A stretch of DNA of 64,000 nucleotides, taken from NCBI RefSeq assembly GCF_009914755.1, contig NC_060931.1. The stretch is one strand, 5' to 3'. Position numbers and translations under genes: made by a program. This stretch comes from the human T2T-CHM13v2.0 reference genome, Homo sapiens. Below are positions 15,468 through 29,793 of this stretch, piece by piece (position 1 is the first letter of the stretch; each line of letters starts with the position of its first letter). The notes beneath the pieces were generated by a model. It had not been told where the DNA came from, made no database searches, and was given only the letters and a program-made list of their open reading frames with translations.

Positions 15468-16026
15468 TAAATATATATATATTTTTATTTTACTTTAAGT
15501 TGTAGGGTACATGTGCACAACGTGCAGGTTTGTTACATATGTATACATGTGCCATGTTGGTGTGCTGCACCCATTAACTTGTCATTTACATTAAGTATTT
15601 CTCCTAATGCTATCCCTCCCCCCTCCCCCAACTCCGTGACAGGCCCCGGTGTGTGATGTTCCGTTTCCTGTGTCCAAGTGTTCTCATTGTTCAGTTCCCA
15701 CCTATGAGTGAGAACATGCGGTGTTTGGGTTTTTGTCCTTGCGAGTTTGCTGAGAATGATGGTTTCCAGCTTCATCCATGTCCCTACAAAGGACATGAAC
15801 TCATCATTTTTTATGGCTGCTGGAAGACAGTGTGGCGATTCCTCAAGGATCTAGAACTAGAAATACCATTTGACCCAGCCATCCCATTACTGGGTATGTA
15901 CCCAAAGGGTAATAAATCATGCTGCTATAAAGACACACGCACACATATGTTTATTGCGGCACTATTCACAATAGCAAAGACTTGGAACCAACCCCAATGT
16001 CCATCAGTGATAGACTGGATTAAGAA
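15468..16026 (-). mobile_element. L1PA (roughly PA4-PA5) 3' fragment with 5' inversion
   Basis: 15468-15820 is antisense 3'UTR and ORF2 end; 15821-16026 is sense ORF2 (WRFLKDLELEIPFDPAIPLLG); 17-bp TSD AGAACTCGTTAATTTTT at 15451-15467 and 16023-16039. Confidence 0.95.
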
Positions 16027-17229
16027 CTCGTTAATTTTTAAGAAGCAAGCACCAAATACAAATTAGTTTAGTTTAAAAAGTGGGAGGTGTTTGGAGGGGG
16101 TCATTTAAATGAATTTTCCTAGTGTCCAGCTGCTTAGATGATGTTATCAATTCAGTGTATTTAAACTTTGTTATTGGAAGTATGAGTTCCAGTCTTGCCT
16201 CTTCTGGGTTTTATGTGCAGTAATGCTCTCCCTCCAAATTTTGACAATAACCCAGAGCAAGCCTAGGCTCACCTTTTCACAGTTTAACAACGATAGCAAA
16301 AACAAGCACTCTTTCCCCGGTCATTCTGATAAATTCCCAGGACCATCTCATTCGGACAGCTTATCTCACTTGCGCCCTCTAGACGTTTAGATGGAGTTTG
16401 CAGTTTACCTCTCAAATAACCTGGACTAAGAGCAAAACCCTAACCAGCATTCATCCATCTAATGGGCAGCTTTGATGTATAAACTTTTCTGTTTAGAGTT
16501 TTGTGTGGATTTTCACTAATGCGCTTGGCCTTTCCTAAGTGGACTTTTCAAGTATAAATTGTCTACCCTTTCTTCACAAGCCATCGTAAGCACTTCAACT
16601 CAAAGGAAACTTTTCCCAATCCTCTATGTTTTCTGCCCCAAAACAGTGATGTTGAAATCTTACAATTCCGTTCCTTTAATTTGCCTTTGCTGCTGTGCTA
16701 TTCCCATGTACACATTGCACCTCCATAATAATCAAGTTTATTCAGAAGCAGGATTTGTGTTTTATTTTGGAGGCCTCAACAGTGCAAATGATATATTCTT
16801 TCCTATTACATTCTTTCCTGTTTATTTAAAAACCGCTGCTAACAACACAATAGAGTCATGTGAAATCCTTCGTTTTTTGAAACATTATAATAGGTGATCA
16901 TGTAAGATTTATGAGATGAAAGCTGTATTTTCCAGAGAAATGCATTGAGACCTTTGTAATATAAATCATATTTGGAGAATAAAGAATGTAATAGCAAGAA
17001 GAGCATAATGATTTATTACATGACAGTGATGTTTAACCTACTTTAGACACCACACTGTGTTTTTCCATAGTAAAACACTGATAAGGGAACAGCACATTAC
17101 TTTAGGGTATTATTTGGTCAGGAATAAATGGGTAATCAGTGGATTCTGAGATCACAACTAGCAAGAATAATATATATTTGTTCAATAATAATTTTGAAGA
17201 AAATTAATGTTAACAGACTTATATAGTAG

Positions 17230-17470
17230 AATAGATAACTTTGGTGACTATGTGCTAGATCCATTTTAGGCATCTTACCTATATCTTATTAACTCTATGC
17301 AATAATCCTAGAAATAGATTTTATTATTTCTCACCAGTTTTATAGATGAGAGAACCGTCACAGAGAGGTTTACTAACTTTCCTAAGGTCTGATTTTCTTT
17401 ATTATGGCAGTATGTACAATGCCAGGTTTGAAGACAGCGAGTTTTGTTTCAGAATCTGGTCTCTTAACCC
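17230..17470 (-). mobile_element. MIR relic
   Basis: TTTTATAGATGAGAGAACCG...ACAGAGAGGTTTACTAACTTTCCTAAGGTC...TCTTAACC; boundaries approximate. Confidence 0.7.
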
Positions 17471-18865
17471 TTAACACTTATTCTTTGAACACGAATAAGT
17501 GATATCTAATATCATTGAGAATGGCAATTTTGCTAAAATTAAGTACCATGTAGCATCTATCCTGATAAAAGTAGTGACTTATAACAGTTTAGGTGGTGTC
17601 ATTTGTAAGTTAACTTCAGTCCAATGATGAATAAAGTTCAAAATCTTTTTAGAAATAGCATATGTTTGGGATATTCTTTGTAAAAGCAATGATGAGAGAT
17701 ATTTTCAATGGAAAACAAATTATTAAAATCACAAATTTTTGTTTTCTTTCTGCATCGAAATATTTAACAAGTTTTTCAAATAAGGTATTTCAAAGGTGAA
17801 ACCTGTTTCAAGTTGGGCTTTCCAAATATGTTTGCCATAAACAAACTTTCAGAACTAATTTGCTGATTATTGACAGAATTCTGAGAAATTGTAAATGTCA
17901 TAGTAGTGCCAAAATATGTTAATTTGCTAATCCTATAAAGGAAAATACAATTTTTCAAATCTCCTGTATTTCTTAAGGGAAATAGATAAACTTACAGGCC
18001 CATAAATAATAGACATACTTTAATTACATGGGTTTAAATATTCCATATAGAGGCTATTACAAAAGGGATCTTTCGTTTGTAGTACAGTTATAAGAAAACA
18101 ATGAATATATCTCCAGCTTTTATAAAATGTTTTTTAAAGACACATCAATTGTGTTTGCCACTACCACTACATATACATATGTAGAAAATCATTTCTCTTT
18201 GGATTTATTACTAGGATAATATTTATCTTTTTTTAAGAATTAATATACTTACTTATTGTTATTACAGTGATGTTATGAGTCCTCTAGAAGTGAAAGATGA
18301 CTGTCAGATAGAGAAGGGGTGGGGAAGGACAGATGATATGCATATTAATGTTAGAGAATTAGAGAACTGAGGAGTCTCACTGAAGACTCCAGGGTTGGAA
18401 AAGAAGATGAGTAGACACAGAATTCAATGATGAAGAACTCTGTGATACGGAAGGCAGGAAGAGGAATAAAATGTTGGCTATTTCATAGGTAAGCATTGGA
18501 AACATTTTAATTCCTTTCCATTGTTTAAAATAAGTAAATCAGATAATCCAGATATAGTGTTGAGTAAATCCTAGAGATGAGTGACATGAGACCACAGGAA
18601 AATATTTAGTCAGAAAGAGAATGGAGAAGCTGCCACATGAAGAAAGACCATGACTGTTAAGGTCTCATCTCTCTTTTAAGGGGCAGATACTAAGAGGAGA
18701 ATATGAAAGACAAAAATCAGGAAGTTTATGTTTACAGAAAGTTTCTGAGTTTTAAAAATAGGTATGTTAAAATTTGAAACTTTAGGCTGACTAGCAGGAA
18801 ATATTTTAAAATTTTGTTGGAAGAAATTTTATTAAAGTTTATAGTCTAAGAAGTTGTACATGTTT

Positions 18866-19010
18866 ATAATTAGATATATTTATATATCTAATTATGTATT
18901 TATAATAGACTGAATAATAGATATATTTATATTTCTCTTTTATATATAAATATATATAAGTATAATATAATAGATATATTTATAATAGACTGAATACAGT
19001 CAGTCTATTA
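18866..19010. repeat. AT-rich patchwork of inverted and direct repeats
   Basis: 14-bp inverted repeat 18866-18879/18882-18895; 20-bp direct repeat 18897-18916/18977-18996; 11-bp inverted repeat 18983-18993/19000-19010. Confidence 0.9.
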
Positions 19011-21658
19011 CTTCATAGAATAAAGATTAGAAGGAACTGAATATATTGGAAAGAACAGTCCATTAGTTTTGTCATTTTTTTAAGAGTTTCATTAGCAATC
19101 TTCTAATTCAAGCTGTTCCAAAGAAATAGGTCGTTTTCACAGTTGTCCCTTTTAATTTTGGGAAATGAGACAGGAGAGAAGGAAAAGGAGGCGAGCAAAT
19201 TTTTACTCACACTTAACACTGGGCTGGAAGTTGTGGTCACTCTGAGCACATAGAGCGGATTAAGGGACATTTTTGCTTTCAAGGAGCTCAGAGTCTGGTT
19301 CTAAGAGATTTTTCTCAACTACCCCTAATGTAAGCGTCTTCTAGATTTTATAATGCTTACACTCAAAATCTATCCCTCTCCTAAACAATGAAATAGAAAA
19401 AAACAAAAATTCATTGAAATTTACTACTATGTGTTGTGGCTATAATTTTTTTCTTTCTCCTTTTCTTGTCAAACTGTGATATCATTACCTATATGATTGA
19501 GTTTAGAATAACTTTTATTGAGCATTTATTCTAAAGTAGTTATTATGCTAGGTTATGATGTTATAAAAATGTGTATCATCTGATTCAGCGTTTGGTCTCT
19601 TCTAAATCAGTGTTCTGAAACAATACCAGGGACTCCCAAATCCTGAAATCTGTGCATTTTTCTCAGGCTTCCTTTTTCTCTGTGGCTTTTGACCCCATTG
19701 TCCAACCCATGCTCCTTAAAATTTTAACCTCATGGGCTGCCCTTTCATTCATCTGCTTTACCTCTCTATTTTTACCACCGCGTCCTTTAAATATGAAGCT
19801 CATGAAACCTGAGGTTCCTGAGGTTCCTAAAGTTGCATTGTCTCTTCTATTTTTTTAACTTTTCTATTTCAATTGTCACCATCTTAAAGACTTTGATCCT
19901 ACTTCTTATTCATTCTAACCAGTAGTCGTTTCTGATAGTAGGGTTTAACCCAGCTTTCTCATCTATAAAATGAATAGGTTGATCAGGACTGCCTTCATTT
20001 TTTTTCCTCTAAGTTCTTTTATTTGGGATCTAACTCCACATCTCTAAACTTCAACCTTTTCATAGACTTCAGGCTAACATTTCCAAGGTATCTTGCAACT
20101 ATTTAAGTGTAACAGATTTGGAAGTTGACCCTCCAATCCGCCACACCGCAAGACTTCCTCCTCCTCCTGAGTTTCTCAGTTCTGCCAATGCCTCTCTCCC
20201 AAACATGCAAGCTTGACTTTTGGGTTCAGTTCTGTCTCTGTTGTCTTCTTTGTTGTGTTCTTTTGTCCACTCTGTCACCAAGTTCTGTCTTTTCCCCCAC
20301 CTACTTTTTCTCATTTTTAAAGTAGGAAGCATCTTTTCAGATGTATTTTTTTTTCTTCCATAATGCCTAGTGTAAACGTTGCACAGAGTAAGTGCTTGGT
20401 AAATATTTGTTGAATGGAGTCTCTCTTCTTCTCTTCTTGTCTGATGCTTAGTACTTGTTAAGAAATGGTGAATCCCAATTAAAGTCAACAAAATGTGAAT
20501 CAGAGCAACATTCTCTTTTTTCGACCCATCTTAAGTACAACATTTTTTCTACCCATCATAAGTACAACATTTAAACCATCTGAAATAGAATAAACTGGTT
20601 AGAAAAATAGTGTTCTTCTTTGAGCCCCTCCAGAATCTGAATTCAGTGAAAATCTGTTCAAACCATAATTCTAATTAAGGGTTTTAGCTGCCAAATAATA
20701 TGTTCTGGTTAAAGCCAAGTTAGTATTATGGAGTGTTTCATGAATAACAGCACAAGCTTTAAACTTGCTGTTGATTTTCTCATGGGAAACTCAAGTAAAG
20801 GAGAATGATACCTCCCTGTTGACTTTAACTTTTAGAAATGCAAAGCATGCTGAAATTGTACATAATTCTCTTCTAAAGAAAAGGAAATAGCATTTCAATG
20901 GTTTTCCTCAGTGTCTTATTGAGTTATGGTGGGGCACAATTGTGTCTGTTAAACTGATTTACCAGATGGAAGGTTACATTTTATATTTAGCTGATTAAGT
21001 TGTAAGAGACTGGAATTGTATCTCATACTATAAAGGTCATATATAAAATTAAAAAATATTTTGATTAACTATTTTGAAGCAATTAAAAGGTTTAAACTGT
21101 TCCCCCTCCTCTTTTACTTACATTAAACTAAAAATGAAGTTATTCTTAGAAATAGGCCTATCACAGAGTTGGTATTTGGCTTAATAATATCTCAAATGGA
21201 ATGTGTAAAACAACAGCAACAAAAAAAGGGAAATACTCCCATTCAAGTTTTGGAAATTGCTTTTCTTGGCTATTTAATGTATTCTTAGTATTTTATGGTT
21301 AAATTAAATAATCCTTAATTTATATACTTATACCCTATGGAACTTTTACAGAAATATTTAAAGGAAATAAATTATACTTTTTGTCTTTTTTCTCTTTTGG
21401 ATCTTCTGCAAGTAAACAAATACATTAATAAAACCTTTACCGTAGAAAATTAAATGTGGCAAAGTGCTAAGTAAATTTTTGTCCTGGCATTTTTGCTGTG
21501 TGATCATATATCATTAATACTACTCTTTAATTCCTACTACATTACCTAAAAATAATGCATTAAAAATACAGCCCAGTAAAATCTGATCTAGTCAGAACCA
21601 GTATTTCAGAATATTCAGACTTCCAAAATAGCACCAATCTTGGAATTCATTCAACTAC

Positions 21659-22140
21659 TGTATTATTTTCCTGTGGATGCTGTAACAAATTACTGCAAAC
21701 TTAGTTGCCTAAACCAATCTATATTTATTACTTTACACTGCTGGAGGTCATATGTCCAAAATGGCTTTGCCTGGGCTAAAATGAAGGCATCACCCTGGCG
21801 TGTTCTTTTCTGGGGACTCTGGGAATGAATCCCTCTCCTTGTTTATTCTGGCTTCCGGAGGCTGCCTGCAAGCTCTAGCTGTGGGCTGTCCCATCCTCGT
21901 GGCCACTAGGACCAACCAAGCCTTTCTCAAATGGCATTGCACTGACACTTCTCTGCCTCCCTCTTCCTTATTTTTTAAGGACCCCTTGGATAATCCAAGT
22001 TAATCTTTTTTAAGTCAGTTGATTGGCAACCTTAAATCCATTTGTAAGTTTACCTTTACCACCTAATGTGATACAGTCACAAATTCTGGGGAATAGAACA
22101 TGGACATCTTTGGAGTGGGGCATTATTCTGCCTACCCCCA
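21659..22140 (-). mobile_element. MLT1D-like solo LTR (ERVL-MaLR)
   Basis: Ends TGTATTATTTTCCTGTGGATGCTGTAACAAATTAC and GGACATCTTTGG...CATTATTCTGCCTACC match the reverse complement of MLT1D termini. Confidence 0.8.
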
Positions 22141-23049
22141 AGTGCTTAGAGTTTTCGTTAAGATGGTGTTTTCTGCAGTGTACTTTGACTTACTACCCCT
22201 TTACTATTTTATGTGAAATTTGTTTGCGATGCCTTTATCCGGGCAGTCATCCAGAGAAAGTTGACTAAATAGAAGGTGTTTAACTGATGATCTGTCTAGA
22301 AAAGGATTCAGGGGAGGCCTGAATGAATCTAGAGGTGAAATTTTGCCTTTTATATCCATTCAAGATAGGTAATAGTGTTTCCTTATAAATATATATTATA
22401 AAGAGAATGTATGATATAGTTCAGTAAAGTTATAAATGCTATTGAGGTAGAATTGAATTACCAATAACGTTCCAAAACCATAAAGGTTGTCTAAAGGTTA
22501 TAAAATCAAAACTTGCAAAGCAAAATAAATAATAACAGATGCCCAGGTGACTTGGAAGGTTCTGAAACAGGACAAGAGCAGGAAGCAAAGTGGTATTTGA
22601 ACTGGGGAGAGGACAGTCTCCTGTTGGCCAGAAGTCACTGCTGACCCCTTGTCAGTGGTGCTGCTGATCCATGGTACCTGAATGTATCTGAGGGGCTGTG
22701 AAGAGTTGAATAGACTTAGAGGTTACACCTAAAGACTTAAAATTATATTGTGAGAGATAACAATTATTAGTAACAGTAATTAGACGTTTAAAAAATGTAC
22801 GTGCATCTCTTTATTAAGCTGAACAATGTGATTCCCTAAAGAAATAAATGGAACCATGTTCTGTCCAGAAATCTCAGAACCACACCAGGTGCCTAGTTCT
22901 CCTTTATTTCATCCAGTACTAACTTCTGTTATTGCTTGCTGTTAAATCTCCCCTTTCTTATCATGCCTACTGTTTTAGTTCATTCCCTATTTTGTTCAGC
23001 CTCCATTCCAGTTATTAACCACTGATTCCATCATACTCCTGTCCAGTCA

Positions 23050-23650
23050 ATCCTTTGACTTTCTAAAGTTTAAGTCTAGTCTTCCTACCCTCTAAAAGAG
23101 CCATTTACTGCCTCTTCTGTTATGTACAAGGCTAAAGCTCCTCCATCGCAAGCATGATCTCTGTCTCCTTATTCCCTCTCTGACCTCTCTCAACTCTCCC
23201 CAGTCCACTACCTCATACCCCTTTGCCCTAGCAGTAATGAAAAAATTGAAATTCCATGAACAAATCTTTCTGTTTCCCATTCACACAAGCCATTCTCATC
23301 TGGTTTTCCAGATGCTCCTTGCTCTTAAAGTGCCCTCTTCAATAGTTCATACTCATCTTTAAATGCTCAGATGATATATATACTTCCTCTCTGTTAAGCT
23401 TTACCTGGTACCTTCCTACCCACCAGGCCACCCCAGATAGTCACTTCATATTTTATGCCAAATGTATATGCCCAAATATGCCCTGACATATCTCTGTGCA
23501 TATATCTCTATATTAAAATTACATTCTACTCAGTTGAGGAATCCTTGAGGACAGTATCTTTAGCCTATTTATTATTGTATCCCCAGCATCTTCAGAGAGC
23601 TCATAATTGGCACTGAATAAATTTCTGTTATATGAGTAAATGAATATATG
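23050..23650 (+). mobile_element. L2 3' relic
   Basis: Pyrimidine-rich body ending CCTTGAGGACAG...TTGTATCCCCAGCA...ATAAATTTCTGTTATATGAGTAAATGAAT; boundaries approximate. Confidence 0.6.
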
Positions 23651-24569
23651 CACTAAAATAGGAACTAATACACATTTATTTGGGTATTTAAAATTCTAGA
23701 AGTTGTTTTGCTAAATAATTTTTAAGAATTTAATTTGCAATAACATTTTGGAGGTAGGAGACTAACTGCTTCCGGATGACTGTAACTGGGTGAATCAGAA
23801 GAAAACAAGGAAACAAAATTTTTCATGTTAGCAAGTTGATGTTATAGTCTTTTAAATATTATTTTATTTTAATTCTTGTGGAATGAAATGACTTGCTAGA
23901 GGATGATTTTGCAATTTAATGGGAATTGGCTAAAAATTTTCAGATAAACATCAGAGAGACAAAAACCTAAAGTAATATATTTGAAGAAGATAATTGTATG
24001 GCATTTCAAATTAGACAGTGATTTACTATACTTATTGTAGTCAATGTATTCCATTTATTACTTCTGAACTCTTTAAGGTCAGGAATGGCTGTTATTGTCC
24101 ACATTTGCAGGCAAGAAAATTGAGGCACAGCGACATTAAATATTTTACTCAGATGTTATGGTGGTAGAGTCAAGACTGGAAAACAACTCCAGACTCTTAG
24201 GAGGGTAACAAGATGAGGTTCATGCTGAGAGAACCAATAAGTACAATAAAGTTTAGGTTTATGATGATACCCAGGATATTATCAGGGGATAGGTATTGCC
24301 TTTCTGGACCATGAAATCCTGACCTATAACGTTTTCTGGGAGTAATTCCATGCTGTCTCCATGTGTGTCCCTATCAAGCACTGGGATGCACCCTAAATAG
24401 ATCTCACCTACTAAAATGGCCCCACTCTCTCACGCAGTCAGTTCACATGTAGCTCTTATGAACTGTCTGAGTAGGAGGGACATTAAAACATTTTATATCC
24501 ACAATAAAATTACTTTTCATGCCATTTCTATTTGAATGGTATATAAAAGATATATCTAGTACAGAATTT

Positions 24570-24571
<2 letters not shown>

Positions 24572-24602
<31 letters not shown>
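24572..24602. repeat. (TA)15 microsatellite
   Basis: Uninterrupted TA run. Confidence 0.97.
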
Positions 24603-24605
<3 letters not shown>

Positions 24606-27600
24606 GGAATTCGTTTGTTACAGAAAGATTCATAGCAGAATAATTACACAGAATTTTAGAGTGAACAGGACTTGTTTACAAGAAAAAATACATAAACACA
24701 TGTATGAATTCAGATTTCCCCCAAAGTAGCATGTTATTTGTGAAATACCAATTCAGAAGTATACTTTATAATAAAACTTTGGGATTCAGGTAGAAAAGAA
24801 AATTATTTTAGAAACTGGATTGAAGACTGAAACATGTTTATAATCTAGTTCGATTTATTGAAATGATAATTCAAAATGATGCTAGATAGATTTTTAAATT
24901 TGTCTTAGGTAAATAAAATATATTTGAAAAATTAAAGCATATAAAGGAGTTAGCATATGAAGGCATTCTGGCCTGTATGAGATATGGATTTCCTTGACTC
25001 CAAAATGTAGTATTTGTGATGCTTGCCAGAAAAGAGAAATTCCTTCTGCATTCCACATCTGATCTATGAGACCTCTTGCCATGACATTCAGCATCAAGAA
25101 ATTCTTAGAAATTAGGGTAGTTGAGGTTCATCTAGTTCTCTTCTCAACAATATTTGAGACTCAGCCTTTTAATGTAAGTTTCCTTCATGCTTGGATGTAT
25201 ACAGGCATGTATTATTCATTCAGCAACTGTTTATGGAGACCCATCGAGCCTATGTTCTTGCTAAGTACTGGAAATAGACACAAGATCAATGATTACATTA
25301 TATTTCTGCTAAGCATCAAGGGCTGGAGCCATATTGCAGTGTTTTGAGGTTAGGAAGTGGTAGTGGCAAGTATAGGCTATTTCTTTAACTTGACTATGAA
25401 AGTGCAATCACAGGAAGTAGCTCATAAGATCTGTGTCTATGGGGGCTTATTTTTATTTGAATGGGAAATATTTGAGCCTGTCTACATTCTGAGAAGGAGC
25501 CAGAAGAGAGAGGGAATTTGAAGATACATGTTGCATAACCTCTATAAGTATCTCATAGATTAACTAAAATGTGTTTGATACTTATCTTTGAAGTTTTATT
25601 TTTTATTTAGTATTCCTTCCCTCACCAGCATACTTAATCTCCATTCTTTGAATGTGTGGGCTCTGTGCCCTTGGACGTGGTTATTTCCTCTGCATAGAAC
25701 TGCACTTCTCCCACCTTTACCTGTCAACATCTCACTAAGCCCTGGAGGATCCTCTTTCAAAGCAAATGAATCTCTGCCTTTCAGCCACAACACTCTGCTT
25801 ATACCTATCACGTGGCACTGATCCCAGTTAGTATATTATTCATTCTTGAGACCATGAGCACCTAGGAGAAAAAGACTCTCTGTCTTTTCTCTGGGGGAGT
25901 TGCCTCAGCACTTAACATGCACTTTTTCCCATTCCTTGATTCCTTGTTTGAATAAATAGCTAAAGGATTTATTCCATGTAGTTGGCACTGTATAGGTACC
26001 TGAACAATGAAAATATGGCTACACATGCTTCCAGTCTGCATGAAACTTGCAACCTTGTTTCTCAATATTATTATTCAATAGCTGTTAATCGAATGTAATT
26101 AAACAATAGATCTAATTAAATAGTAGGTTTTAATTTTAACTATAAAATAATTAGAATTTTATAACTTACTATTAAAATTTATTTTTAAACTGAATCACAC
26201 TGATTAAAGTATTTTTATGTTAAAAATGATAATTTGTTAAAATGTCATAAAAATTTTAGGAAGTTATTTTTTCCTGTTTGTCCTAGTATTAAAAAAACAG
26301 TAATGAGTAGTACTAAAAGTAGTACTAAAAACCAGTGTTACTACTGAGTGGTACTTTTTTTTTTTTTTTAATACTAGAACAAACAGGAAAAAATAGCAAA
26401 TTTGTACATTCATTCATTCACTCCGTAAACTTTTACTGAGTTTCACCTGAGCCAGCCGAGTGCCAGGCACTCTTGAGGCACATTGGTGAGGAGGAGGAAA
26501 AGTGCTGCTCTTAGAGGGAACTGAGTGCACTGTCATGAGCTTTAGATGCTAAGGAAAAATGCCCACCTTTCCCCTTCTAGACCATGCTCCTGTTACTTAC
26601 GGCCCCGATATTGTCTTCCCATCCTACTCTGCGATGCTTCCAATGACTTGGTAGTTCTCTTTCCCATGTATGACCATTTTTTTTCCCGATATGTAAAGAG
26701 GTTATCATTGTTGTTTCCATCTGTGATAAACGTTAAGAATTAAATTTCTATTTACATTGATAGAAGGAAATACAACTTCCTAGAAAACTCACACAATGAT
26801 GTACATAACAGTGCTGTCTTTCGAAGCAAAACAATGTGTAGTACACCCAAGTGTCCAACATTGTCTTATTCTTAAGTGAAATATTGTGTATTCACATGTA
26901 AGTGTGGATATATAATATATAGTATATCCTCATAATGTATTTTTAAAAGAATATATAATTGCTTGGGGAAAAACATAATAGATTTTTAAGTGAAAAACAT
27001 AATAAATGCAATAATTTTAAGGAATACGTAATTACCTGGGAAAAGACCCATAATATATTATTAAATGAACAAATAAGATATAATCATAAATATAATGATT
27101 CTCATTTTCAAATAATTTTACCTACATAACACAAAGGGAACATTTTAGAGTATACACAAATTTTCCCATTCTTAAAAATCTCAAATATGTATGACTTACA
27201 TAATCGGAAGCAAGCAATAAAATTTATTATAAAATTAGCACTTTTCAAAAGATCATATTGTAAATTGAGTAACATTTACAAATATGGATTTTGAAAAATG
27301 GTAATCTTAACAAGTAGACAAAATTGGTATATTTGCAATAAGAGAATGGATAGATGCAGTAGTATTTCTCAAAGACAAATAGTATTATAATGTCTTTAGG
27401 AAATTGCATTCATGTATTACCATACATGTGCCTAGAAATTCCCCCAAAATTATTTTTTGAAAACTTTATATATGAATTACATACTGTTAAGTGGTTATAA
27501 TTAGAAATAGTTACATTAGAAATTTTGCTCCTTAGTGTCAAAATATATAAAATCTAATTCATAACATTAAAGGTTCATTTTATCCCAGCCAGAAGAGGCA

Positions 27601-28157
27601 TACATTGTATTATTTATTGTAGTATGTCAAGTAGTACTTTTGAAAATATGTACCTTTTGTATAATTATGAAACTTTTAATTAGAGTAACCTGTGTATTTT
27701 GATTAACTAGACTGGAGGATCTACTGTGTTCCCAAAGTGTCTTTCATAACTGTAGTGATTACTGATTTGAACAGTTTCTAGATTTCTACAATGCCAGCCT
27801 GGGTTATAGGAGAGATTTGGGCAGGAACTGTGCCAGGAAATCTAACCTTCAGAAAGAACAGAGAGTGAATGAATAGGTGATAGATTATAATAAGTATTTG
27901 GTTCCAAGTAACAAAACATTTAAATATGGCAGCTCCTAAGGGATCCCTGAGAGGAGGAGATAGCAGGAGAAACCCAGGGGAGGGAGAAACTGTGTGGAGA
28001 AGTTGACAGATATCCAGTACTGCAGGGAAGAATAGACAATGCCAGAAAGGGATCTGAAGCTGGTGGTGAAGACTTGACCTTCACCTATGATTACAGAGCT
28101 AAATGTTCACTACAGGTGGAATCATTGTATATCCCAAATATTCATTATTTTAAAAAC

Positions 28158-28462
28158 ATGTATGTATGTATTTATTTATTTAGAGAGGGAGTCTCGCCCT
28201 GTCACCCAGGCTGGAGTGCAATGGCATGATCTCGACTCACTGCAACATCTGCCTCCCAGGTTCAAGCAATTCTGCTGCTTCAGCTCCCAAGTAGCTGGGA
28301 TTACAGGGACGTGCCACCACACCCGGCTAATTTTTTGTATTTTTAATAGAGATGGGTTTTCACCATGTTGGACAGGCTGGTCTCAAATTCCTGACTTCAT
28401 GATCTGCCCGCCTTGGCCTCCCAGAGTGCTGGGATTACGGGTGTGAGCCACCGTGCCCGGCC
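28158..28462 (-). mobile_element. AluS (Sg/Sc-like)
   Basis: Full dimer ending CCGTGCCCGGCC; tail decayed to (TATG)n(TATT)n. Confidence 0.92.
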
Positions 28463-28690
28463 TAAAGAAACATTTATTAATCTAGTACTCAATCTTGGTT
28501 AATAATTAATCATCTTAATATATGAAATATGTTAAAATATTTATATAATATTAACACAATGGAAAATTTTCCATTTTTTCCTTATGATAATTTTCAATAA
28601 GAATGAAGAACTTCTACATACCACACAGTGTGGTATTGAAATTTTTTAATCTAAATTATTGTTGTAAAGAATATTCACAACCTAGGATTA

Positions 28691-29059
<369 letters not shown>

Positions 29060-29500
29060 TTAAGACTTAGAACTAAACAGAATACAATTTATAAGCAGGC
29101 AAATTAGAAAGTGAGAAAAATATGTGAAGTCAGTTATTAACCAAAAGTTATTTTAAGTACACTGAGTCAAAGTTCAGAAAAGGGCTATTGTTATGGTTAT
29201 GGTGTTTTCAAACATTACACTAGGCAAAGGAGTGTACCAATTGCAGCCATCTCTCTCTCTACTTATTTTTTATTTTGTTTAATTTTAACATAACTTCATC
29301 TTACATCTGCACTTCATGAAACATTCATTCAACATCTATGTAATGAACAATTTTTTTTTTATGATAGACAACCAGGTGAGCCAAGAACCAGGATGTGTGG
29401 TAGGCATTGTTACCATTCTTTTGTAGATGATAAAATGATTCACAGAGATGAAATCACTCATTTGGGGTTACAGTTAGTACATCAAAGAGTTAGCATTGGT

Positions 29501-29793
29501 GGCTGGGTGCAGTGGCTCACGCTTGTAATCCCAACACTTTGGCAGGCCAAGGCGGGCGGATTACAAGGTCAGGAGCTCCAGACCACCCTTGCCAACATGG
29601 TGAAACCCTGTCTCCACTAAAAATACAAAAATTAGCCAGGTGTGGTGGCACGCCCCTATAATCCCAGCTACTTGGGAGGCTGAGGCAGAATTGCTTGAAC
29701 CCAGGAGGGGGAGGTTACAGTGAGCCAAGATCACGGCACTGCACTCCAGCATGGGCGACAGAGCAAGACTCCATTGCAGGGGGGGTAAAAAAA
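29501..29793 (+). mobile_element. AluS (Sg-like)
   Basis: Full dimer; AGCATTGG at 29492-29499 and 29793-29800; tail contains a G7 run. Confidence 0.92.

Noticed and set aside
15653-16066. 137-aa ORF as a new protein
   Set aside because: It is a chimera created by the L1 inversion junction at 15820/15821.
29776-29793. G7 run in an Alu tail as a special insertion mechanism
   Set aside because: Most simply explained by post-insertion mutation and slippage of the tail; the TSD is normal.
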